NCBI GenBank assembly: GCA_012729395.1
Contig: JAAYDF010000284.1
Coordinates: 2,441 to 66,440, forward strand
DNA length: 64,000 nucleotides
Source: Phycisphaerae bacterium
GTDB lineage: Bacteria > Planctomycetota > Phycisphaerae > UBA1845 > PWPN01
Direction: 5' to 3'
The notes beneath the pieces were generated by a model that worked only from the letters and a program-made list of their open reading frames with translations, was not told the origin of the DNA and made no database searches. Positions 8,860 to 15,883 of the stretch are shown here, piece after piece (the stretch's first letter is position 1; every line of letters begins with the position of its first letter). A program made the translations under genes and the position numbers.

Positions 8860-9981
8860 TTACTCACCGCGCCACTCTGTGGCCAGCCTCTCCGCCAGCG
8901 GCGCCGCCCGCATGAAGGCCGCATCCACCACCCGCCCGGTCAGCGCTGCCGCCAGGCTCTGCGCCCAGCTCGGCTGAGGCAACTCGATACACCGCGGGAG
9001 ATGGCATACCCGCTCGTCGTGGATGAGCACGCGGAACTCACTGGGCGCCTCGTCATTTGACCGGACCTCATACCGTGTACCGCCTCCGCCGAAAACCACG
9101 GCCTGCAAGCCGAGCCGCTTGCCACCAAGCGTCAAACGCACGCGCACCTCGCGATCATCCGCCCGAAACGCATGCTCGCCAGTCCCCAGTGCCTTCACCG
9201 CCTGCCAGCCCAACTGACCCGCCACAAAAGCCGCTACCCAAATCGCGTCGATGCGGTCCTCGACTCGATCTCCACCCGCCGCCACCTCCAGCGACTCGAT
9301 CCGCCCCCATATCTCCCGAGGCGAGCCGTCGAACATGCCCGCCAGAACTTCCCGCCACTGGGAGGTTCGGTACCAACCCAGCTCGCGAACCGCCGCATGG
9401 TCGCCCGGAGTCAGATGACGCAAGCCCGCTGGGCCCGAATCAACAATCAACCGATCCGCCCGCGCCGCCACACACCGCCACAACTCAGGCCATCGACCCG
9501 GGTCAGGCAACCACCATGCCATGGTCGGCACGTCCGCCTCCAGCAACGGCAGCAAAGTCCGGTCAAGGTCGCGGCCGTCGTCCGCCGCGGTCCCAAGTAC
9601 AACCTGCTCGCAGCAGACCTGCGGCTGTCCCGGTTGCGGCACATGGCACAACGCCGAGACCGACGCACGCACGCCACCACCAGCTCCCGCCGTGATATCC
9701 TGCGTCCGTCCCGCGGAATCGAGCAACACAACCAGTGTCCGCGTCGGGTAATGAGGCGACAGATCACCCAGCACGTCGTTGACCGCGTTGAACCCCTCCT
9801 CCGACGCGACCACGATCAGGTTGGCGACACACACCCGTGTGGCGGTGACATGCTCGCCAGAGCCGGCATGCTGGCCTTGGGCTGATTCCCATAACCGGGC
9901 AAACGCCCGTTCAACATCGTCCGGACGGCGCAGAATCCCCCCTTCCGGAGTCAGCAACGCTGCCCAGCCTTCGTCGGGCAT
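8860..9981 (-). CDS. OpcA-like (glucose-6-phosphate dehydrogenase assembly protein-like) protein
   Basis: ORF 8860-10056 trimmed to the ATG at 9981 (MPDEGWAAL), with GGAGG 5 nt upstream. RVCVANLIVV, ALCH..CCEQVVL and DVPTMAWW resemble OpcA. There is no adjacent zwf. Confidence 0.55.
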   Translation of the reverse strand: MPDEGWAALLTPEGGILRRPDDVERAFARLWESAQGQHAGSGEHVTATRVCVANLIVVASEEGFNAVNDVLGDLSPHYPTRTLVVLLDSAGRTQDITAGAGGGVRASVSALCHVPQPGQPQVCCEQVVLGTAADDGRDLDRTLLPLLEADVPTMAWWLPDPGRWPELWRCVAARADRLIVDSGPAGLRHLTPGDHAAVRELGWYRTSQWREVLAGMFDGSPREIWGRIESLEVAAGGDRVEDRIDAIWVAAFVAGQLGWQAVKALGTGEHAFRADDREVRVRLTLGGKRLGLQAVVFGGGGTRYEVRSNDEAPSEFRVLIHDERVCHLPRCIELPQPSWAQSLAAALTGRVVDAAFMRAAPLAERLATEWRGE

Positions 9982-10216
9982 AACGCCTCCATCGCGAAAA
10001 CCCCCCAATGGCCGCGGGTCAACACCTGTGCGCCCGATAATCGTCCCGCCCCTCATTGTTCACCCTTGCCCGGCCCGCCGCAAGGGTAACAACGCATGTT
10101 TATCGCTTTTTCCGTTTGCAGAGCCCACCTCGCGAATCGTAAGCTCTACGCGGATGGGATACACAATGCGGGGAACCGTGCAGCCACGAAGCCCCAAACC
10201 GATCGAGGAGTCAATC

Positions 10217-10696
10217 ATGCACGTGCCAATGATGGGGGAGATTCTGTCCGAAATGGGTCTGCTCACCTCACAGCAGGTCGAGGATATCCTCGAACACCAG
10301 CGCCGCTCACGCCAGAAATTCGGCCAGATCGCCGTCCATCAGGGCTTGGTCACACCAGAACAGGTCTGGGAAGCCTGGGCCCGACAAGTCAGCTATCGGC
10401 GACAGTTCATCGACCTGGATGTGATGGGCGTCGACACCGAAGCCGTTCGCCGTGTCGGGGTGTCCACCGCACGGGCACTGGAGGTAGTCCCGCTCCGGCT
10501 GTGGGGCGACAACCTCGTGGTCGCGTGCTCACCCGAGTTCCGTTCCGGTGCTCTGTCGGATTTGGCCGAGCGTACCGGATGCCAAATCCATGCTTGCATC
10601 GCGCTGCCCGAGAGCATCCGCTATCACCTGAACCAGCTCGATAACGTCCTGGAGTCCGCCGAGAAGGAAACCACCCTCGTGCCCATGTGCGGCTGA
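10217..10696 (+). CDS. Stand-alone T2SS/T4P GspE N-terminal (MshEN-like) domain protein
   Basis: ATG at 10217 with GAGGAG at 10205-10210, an internal start of ORF 9779-10696. IDLDVMGVDTEAVRRVGVSTARALEVVPLRLWGDNLVVACSP has the pattern of GspE/PilB N1 domains. No ATPase domain follows. Confidence 0.65.
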   Translation: MHVPMMGEILSEMGLLTSQQVEDILEHQRRSRQKFGQIAVHQGLVTPEQVWEAWARQVSYRRQFIDLDVMGVDTEAVRRVGVSTARALEVVPLRLWGDNLVVACSPEFRSGALSDLAERTGCQIHACIALPESIRYHLNQLDNVLESAEKETTLVPMCG

Positions 10697-10827
10697 GCGC
10701 CATCGTAAAGACCCGCTTCTTCACGACCGCACCCTACAAAGCCGCGCCGCGCTAAGCAAAGCCGCGCCCGGAAGGAAGCGGTTCTGCCCGTCGAGATCAG
10801 CTTCCCGCCCATGCGGCCGGCACCCGC

Positions 10828-11331
10828 TCAGTAGCCGAACTTCTTCTTCAGCCTGCGAGCGATACTTCGCGGCACGAGTCGGCTCAGTCGGTTCACGTCG
10901 GCCATGCCCAACTCGACGATCTGCTTGATGTAGGTGCTCGAAGTCAGTGCATACTGATCGCGGGTGAGCAGGAAGATCGTCTCCACGCTCCCGATCGCCA
11001 GGTTGATGTTCGCCTGCTGCAATTCGTAGTGCAGGTCTACGTTGTCGCGGATACCGCGGATGATGATGTCCGCGTACGCCGACTGAACGAACTCCGCGGT
11101 CAGGCCTTCATAGGCCTCCACCCGGACACCCTTCAAATCTCCCACCAACTCGACCAGCATCTCGACGCGCTCGGCCGGCGTGAACAGAGCTTCCTTCTCC
11201 GGATTGTGACCGACGGCCACGATCAGCTCGTCCACCAGCTTGCTGCCGCGCTGGATGATGTCCACATGTCCGTTGGTCGGTGGGTCGAAGGTGCCGGGAA
11301 AGACCGCCCGTCGTCCAGTGTGATTGGGCAT
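10828..11331 (-). CDS. coaD: Phosphopantetheine adenylyltransferase
   Basis: 167-aa ORF. AVFPGTFDPPTNGHVDII (HxGH nucleotidyltransferase motif), IIRGIR and TSSTYIKQI are classical CoaD. Confidence 0.93.
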   Translation of the reverse strand: MPNHTGRRAVFPGTFDPPTNGHVDIIQRGSKLVDELIVAVGHNPEKEALFTPAERVEMLVELVGDLKGVRVEAYEGLTAEFVQSAYADIIIRGIRDNVDLHYELQQANINLAIGSVETIFLLTRDQYALTSSTYIKQIVELGMADVNRLSRLVPRSIARRLKKKFGY

Positions 11332-11421
11332 GACCTGTCCGCCTGAAAAACGCCGCCCGGGCTACCGCCCGGTCCATCGCGGGGCGATTCTAGCGACCGT
11401 CCCCACCCGCCTCAAGAAAAA

Positions 11422-11492
11422 AAGGTGTCAGGATGATTTTTCCGGGGGCGCAATCGCAGGTTGCGCCCCCGGAAAAATCATCCTGACACCTT
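11422..11492. repeat. Perfect extragenic palindrome (32-bp stem, 7-nt loop), GGTGTCAGG family
   Basis: Left arm 11422-11453 (aaggtgtcaggatgatttttccgggggcgcaa) is the exact reverse complement of 11461-11492. The loop is tcgcagg. It lies in the divergent coaD/cimA intergenic region. Confidence 0.9.
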
Positions 11493-11678
11493 CTTTCCTT
11501 GCCGTCCGCTCCGCGACTTGCTAGGATGGGCCGCATGGTAGACTGGCTACCCCTGGTTGCGACCGATAGTGACACCCCGGCACGTGCCTTTCGGGCGGGT
11601 GCCTTGGGCGCCATTCTGATTACTCGGCTCTGCAGTCGCGGCGGGTAGGGCGGTCCACATAGATGTCCAACGACCAGA

Positions 11679-11708
11679 GCCCTGCCCCGAAAAGGCAGGG
11701 CTTTTTTT
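11679..11708 (+). terminator. Rho-independent terminator-like hairpin with T7 tail
   Basis: Stem gccctgcc (11679-11686), loop ccgaaaa, stem ggcagggc (11694-11701), followed by ttttttt (11702-11708). There is no upstream plus-strand CDS. It lies 50 nt before the cimA ATG. Confidence 0.55.
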
Positions 11709-11757
11709 GCTGGCGGGCTCGGTGGCCCGGCCAGAAATCGAACCAAGAGGTACGGAT

Positions 11758-13410
11758 ATGCCCACCACCCGGGAACACATCGAGCTTTACGACACCACGC
11801 TACGCGATGGCACCCAAACCCAGAACGTCAGCCTCAGCCTGCAGGATAAGCTGCTGATCGCCCAACGGCTCGATGAGCTGGGTATCGACTACATCGAGGG
11901 CGGCTATCCGCTCAGTAACGCCCGCGATGCCGCCTTCTTCCGCGAGATCCGCTCGATGGGTCTGCGGCACGCCAAGGTGGTCGCCTTCGGCATGACCCGC
12001 CGCAAGGGCATCCGCGTCCAGGACGACGAGGGAATGAAGGCCCTCGTCGCCGCTCACACCCCGGCTGTCACGATCGTCGGCAAGAGCTGGGACCTCCACG
12101 TCCGCGAAGTCCTGCGCATCAGCGAAGAGGAGAACCTGGCCATGATCGCCGATTCAGTCCGCTTCTGTGCGCGAGGCGGACGCCAGGTCATCTACGACGC
12201 CGAGCATTTCTTCGACGGCTACGCGGCCAACTCACAGTTCGCTCTACGAACTCTCTTGGCCGCCCAGGATGCCGGGGCAAGCTGCATCTGCCTCTGCGAC
12301 ACCAATGGCGGATCGCTCCCCGAGCGCGTGGCCGAGGCTCTCGACGCGATTCGGCCACACCTGTCTGTGAGGATCGGTATCCACACGCACAACGACGCCG
12401 GCCTCGCCGTCGCCAACACCCTGGCCGCCATCTGTCACGGCGCCACCCAGGCACAGGGCACCATCAACGGCATGGGAGAACGGTGCGGCAACGCCGACCT
12501 CACCACCGTCGCCGCCAACCTGGCCCTCAAGCTCGACAAGAACGTCCTCGTCCCCGGCGGGCTGCAACGCCTCACCGAGATCAGCCGCTACGTCTATGAG
12601 GTCGCCAACCTCGTTCCCCACGATGCCCAGCCGTACGTCGGCCACGCGGCCTTCGCCCACAAGGGCGGTATGCATGTCCACGCCATCCGCCGCGTGACCC
12701 ACAGCTACGAACACACCAACCCGGAAACGGTCGGCAACTCCCGCCGCGTGCTCATCAGCGAGCTGAGCGGGGCCAGCGGTGTCGCCGAAAAGATCGGCCG
12801 AAAGTTCGACATCGCCCACGACAAGGGCCTCCAACGCCGACTCCTTCAGCGACTGCAAGAGCAGGAAGACTGCGGCTACGTCTACGAGTCCGCGGAGGCC
12901 AGCTTCGAACTCCTGTGCCGCCGTGAGCTGGGGCTGCACCACCCCTTCTGGCAACTCGGCCATTGGCGAGCCGTCGCCCTTCGCTCCGCCGCCGACACCG
13001 AGCCCAATACAGAGGTCATCGTCAAACTCAAAGTACGCGACCAATGGGAACATCACGTCGCCGAAGGCCATGGCCCCGTCGACGCTATGGCCACCGCCCT
13101 CCTCTGCGCTCTCAAGCCCCACTACCCCGACGTGGAGCATATCCGGCTCATCGACTACAAGGTCCGCGTCATCAACCCGCGAGCCGCTACCGCCGCACGC
13201 GTCCGCGTGACCATCGAGTTCCGCGACAACCAGACCCACACCCTCTTCAGCACCGTCGGCGTCAGCGAAAACGTCATCGAGGCGTCCTGGCAGGCTCTCG
13301 TGGATGGCATCGAGTACAAGCTGGCCAACGACGAGGACGGACGCCAAAAAACCTCCGCAAAGCCTCGCCGGCGGACGAAAAGGATGATCAACCTTGATGC
13401 GGACCTTTGA
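11758..13410 (+). CDS. cimA: Citramalate synthase / 2-isopropylmalate synthase family protein
   Basis: ATG at 11758 with AAGAGG upstream. ELYDTTLRDGTQ, HTHNDAGLAVANT and GERCGNADL, plus a C-terminal LeuA-dimer-like region. The ~550-aa length and N-terminus fit the CimA-type subgroup. Confidence 0.85.
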   Translation: MPTTREHIELYDTTLRDGTQTQNVSLSLQDKLLIAQRLDELGIDYIEGGYPLSNARDAAFFREIRSMGLRHAKVVAFGMTRRKGIRVQDDEGMKALVAAHTPAVTIVGKSWDLHVREVLRISEEENLAMIADSVRFCARGGRQVIYDAEHFFDGYAANSQFALRTLLAAQDAGASCICLCDTNGGSLPERVAEALDAIRPHLSVRIGIHTHNDAGLAVANTLAAICHGATQAQGTINGMGERCGNADLTTVAANLALKLDKNVLVPGGLQRLTEISRYVYEVANLVPHDAQPYVGHAAFAHKGGMHVHAIRRVTHSYEHTNPETVGNSRRVLISELSGASGVAEKIGRKFDIAHDKGLQRRLLQRLQEQEDCGYVYESAEASFELLCRRELGLHHPFWQLGHWRAVALRSAADTEPNTEVIVKLKVRDQWEHHVAEGHGPVDAMATALLCALKPHYPDVEHIRLIDYKVRVINPRAATAARVRVTIEFRDNQTHTLFSTVGVSENVIEASWQALVDGIEYKLANDEDGRQKTSAKPRRRTKRMINLDADL

Positions 13411-13455
13411 TCCGCCGCCCCAGCCCGTGGTACAATATCGCATCGGGGTGAAGCC

Positions 13456-13677
13456 ATGACCTACAGGGGTCAAGTCAAGGGCGGCGTAGTGGTACTGGAT
13501 GGCGAAGTACACCTACCCGACGGCGCGAGAGTGCGCGTCGACCTGATCGATCAACCCGACAACGAGTCCGGCTCCCTCCTGGAGCGTCTCGGGCCGGTGA
13601 TCGGCAAGGCCGTCGGCCTGTCCGCTGACGCAGCCAGCAACATCGACCGCGACCTGTACGGGGACAGGAACGCATGA
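13456..13677 (+). CDS. Type II antitoxin-like small protein
   Basis: 73-aa ORF. MTYRGQVKGGVVVLDGEVHLPDGARVRVDLI is the beta-hairpin pattern common in VapB/DUF104-type antitoxins. Its stop overlaps an ATG (ATGA at 13674-13677), as in toxin-antitoxin operons. Confidence 0.55.
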   Translation: MTYRGQVKGGVVVLDGEVHLPDGARVRVDLIDQPDNESGSLLERLGPVIGKAVGLSADAASNIDRDLYGDRNA

Positions 13678-13681
13678 AGGT

Positions 13682-13747
13682 ATCACCGAGGCGTTGACCG
13701 GGGATCATCACTTTGACCAGGCCGGATTCGTGACCCTGCCCACATGA
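13682..13747 (+). pseudogene. C-terminal remnant of a PIN-domain (VapC-like) toxin
   Basis: This frame reads ITEALTGDHHFDQAGFVTLPT-stop, the conserved C-terminal tail of VapC toxins. The roughly 110 N-terminal codons are missing. The coupled ATG at 13674 gives only MKVSPRR-stop. Confidence 0.5.
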
Positions 13748-14213
13748 ACGATCCGGTGGCCCGCGACATGCCACAATCCGATTCTCTGACCCGCGACACG
13801 CCCGGCCTTCGAGCCTGAAGGGCTCGTTCTACCGCCCAGGCCGAGGGCCTGGGGAACCGGACTCCCCCAAGCCCCAGGCCTGAAAGGGCCGTCACCCGCG
13901 ACATCAATCATTCCGCACGGCGGTTCAACCGCCAGTCGCGTGCGTCCCGCAGAGCCGCGACCGTCAGGGAGCGGACCTTTCCCCGATGCGCCCAGGCCGC
14001 CGCAAACGTCACGACCCCATCGGCGGCCGACTCGGAGCCCCCCATCCTCTTGCTCGCCCACAGCCCCCCCCGCACTGCCCCGCCAAGCAACCGACAGAAT
14101 CATCCTGAACCCCTCTTCTTCGAGGCGATCCCTGAGCCGTCCGATGTGGGAGCGTAGAGGCGCTAATCGTTTACACCCCGCTTGTATGCTTCCACCTCGA
14201 TACCTGCCGATAT

Positions 14214-15200
14214 TCATCGCCTACATAGTGGCTGCACCGTCGAGCTGGACACAAAAGCTTGGTGCGCTTCGCGACTTGGGAGAATTGCGTCGGGACGATT
14301 CAGGTTAACAACGATTGTACCTGCACAGCAGTGGTGACGCTCTCTGCCCCGTGCAAAGGCCTCACCGAGGTGCGAGGGTTCAGCCGTTGGCGGGGTCTCG
14401 GAGCAGTGCTCGGAAAGCTGGGTGCAGGCAATCCATGCCTCCGGGAGCGTTTGACGGATCGCCCCAATGACTTCAGGGCGTGGCGTCCCATGCACGCCAC
14501 GGCCTATTGAGAACACAACAATCTCAGGCTTAACTGCTTCGCACAATGCTTTCGTGAAAGCTGTCATATCAGTCCGACCAGCCCCACCTCCATGGTGCGG
14601 AAACACAACTATCTGCGCAGTCATGTCCTTCCCTGATTCAAGAAGGCCGGAAAGGCCAACTTCGTCAAGATCGCCGGGGAGGAGTGCTATTGGTTGACCT
14701 TGATCCAGAAGTCGCACAACCGCGCTGATTGAGTTGGTGGTTACACGGCGTCCTTCTCGATCGCGACTTCCGGGTCCCCCACTGGCTAGGTACCGGCTGG
14801 GCCCGAGTATTTCGAGGCGGACACCGCCGTGATCGAACCGGCCAGTTGCGTCAGAAGTAAGTGAGACCTCAAAGGCAAGTTTCTGGGAGTTGTGTGCTCG
14901 ATCAAGTTCGTACCTGAGATCATCCCAGAGGGCGGATCGCTGCTTTGAGTCCGCGTTGATGTGGACGCGTCCAAGCGTGAACTCGGCGCATGCGAGAAGG
15001 TGGATCAATCCGCCAATGTGGTCTTGGTCCGCATGCGACAGGAGCACGATATCCACCCGCTCAATTCCTTGCTGCTTCAGGTACTGACGCAAGGAATCTC
15101 CACGCCCGGTGTCAATGACTACAATCCCGTCCTCGTCGATGAGGACAGCACTGTTTCCATGGCCAACATCGAGAATCGCCAGCCTGTGCCCATTCGGCAT
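14214..15200 (-). CDS. ComEC-type metallo-beta-lactamase-fold hydrolase (putative nuclease)
   Basis: 328-aa ORF, ATG at 15200 preceded by GAGGTGG. LAILDVGHGNSAVL, SHADQDHIGG (HxDxDH, aa 56-61) and FPHHGG. Cys-rich C-terminus (CTQLSEHC..HHCC). Confidence 0.75.
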   Translation of the reverse strand: MPNGHRLAILDVGHGNSAVLIDEDGIVVIDTGRGDSLRQYLKQQGIERVDIVLLSHADQDHIGGLIHLLACAEFTLGRVHINADSKQRSALWDDLRYELDRAHNSQKLAFEVSLTSDATGRFDHGGVRLEILGPSRYLASGGPGSRDREGRRVTTNSISAVVRLLDQGQPIALLPGDLDEVGLSGLLESGKDMTAQIVVFPHHGGGAGRTDMTAFTKALCEAVKPEIVVFSIGRGVHGTPRPEVIGAIRQTLPEAWIACTQLSEHCSETPPTAEPSHLGEAFARGRERHHCCAGTIVVNLNRPDAILPSREAHQAFVSSSTVQPLCRR

Positions 15201-15208
15201 AAACCACC

Positions 15209-15880
15209 TCAGGACGGTTCCCAGTTGCAGAAGTACAGTTCTTCGACCTTCTCGCAGCCAACATTCGCTCGCGCATGAAACCGATTGCCGGGCTTGACGA
15301 GCTTACGCACATCGCCAGGGAGGTCATCCACAAGCACTCGTATCTTCACCCTGGGGTTCCATCCTGGAACTACCACATGAAAGTATCCATCGTCTAAAGA
15401 AGCGTCTTCGACGCGCACCAGCGTCCTAGAGGCTTCACGGCTCGGCTGAAACTGTCCTTGGAATTCCTCTATGCAGCGCTCAAACCCCTGCCTCAAGGAA
15501 TCTGGGTTCATGTCCGCGCTCTGAAGGAGCACCGGTATAAACTGCCGGCGGCTCCTCATCAGAGTGACATCCCAGTCGTTGTAGGCGGTGCAAAGCACGG
15601 CCGGAAGTTGAGCCTTGTAACACTCTACGACGAGTTCGTCTCCGTCGAATCGGGCGTAGTTACGCATCCTGAGATGGTAGTCACAGAGCACTGCATCTGC
15701 TTCGGCATGCCGCACATGCTGCACGAATCTCTCAGGCGTTTTAAGTTCCAAAAGGCTGGCCTCCGTGGCAGCGCTCACCCTCAGATCCTCAACCGCCCAC
15801 CCATAGGCTTCCCTTGCCGCTGGGTCGTCGTCGATGATGCATACCCTGTGGATCGACCTGCCTGCAAGTTGAAGCGGCAT
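15209..15880 (-). CDS. Receiver (REC)-like domain protein with uncharacterised C-terminal module
   Basis: 223-aa ORF. IIDDD (D17-D19), D67 in AVLCDYHL and T98 in AVLCTAY match the REC acidic pocket, phospho-acceptor and Thr. The conserved Lys position is not obvious. The last ~80 aa match no family I recognise. Confidence 0.65.
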   Translation of the reverse strand: MPLQLAGRSIHRVCIIDDDPAAREAYGWAVEDLRVSAATEASLLELKTPERFVQHVRHAEADAVLCDYHLRMRNYARFDGDELVVECYKAQLPAVLCTAYNDWDVTLMRSRRQFIPVLLQSADMNPDSLRQGFERCIEEFQGQFQPSREASRTLVRVEDASLDDGYFHVVVPGWNPRVKIRVLVDDLPGDVRKLVKPGNRFHARANVGCEKVEELYFCNWEPS

Positions 15881-15883
15881 GGC

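Noticed and set aside
11520-11678. Known structured RNA (6S, SRP, tmRNA, RNase P, T-box or riboswitch) upstream of the orphan terminator
   Set aside because: I could not find the conserved boxes of any of these: no GGAAGCAGCC-type SRP motif, no GAGGAAAGTCC P4 motif, no tmRNA ends. Manual pairing did not give a 6S-like long interrupted helix. It is kept only as an unclassified candidate.
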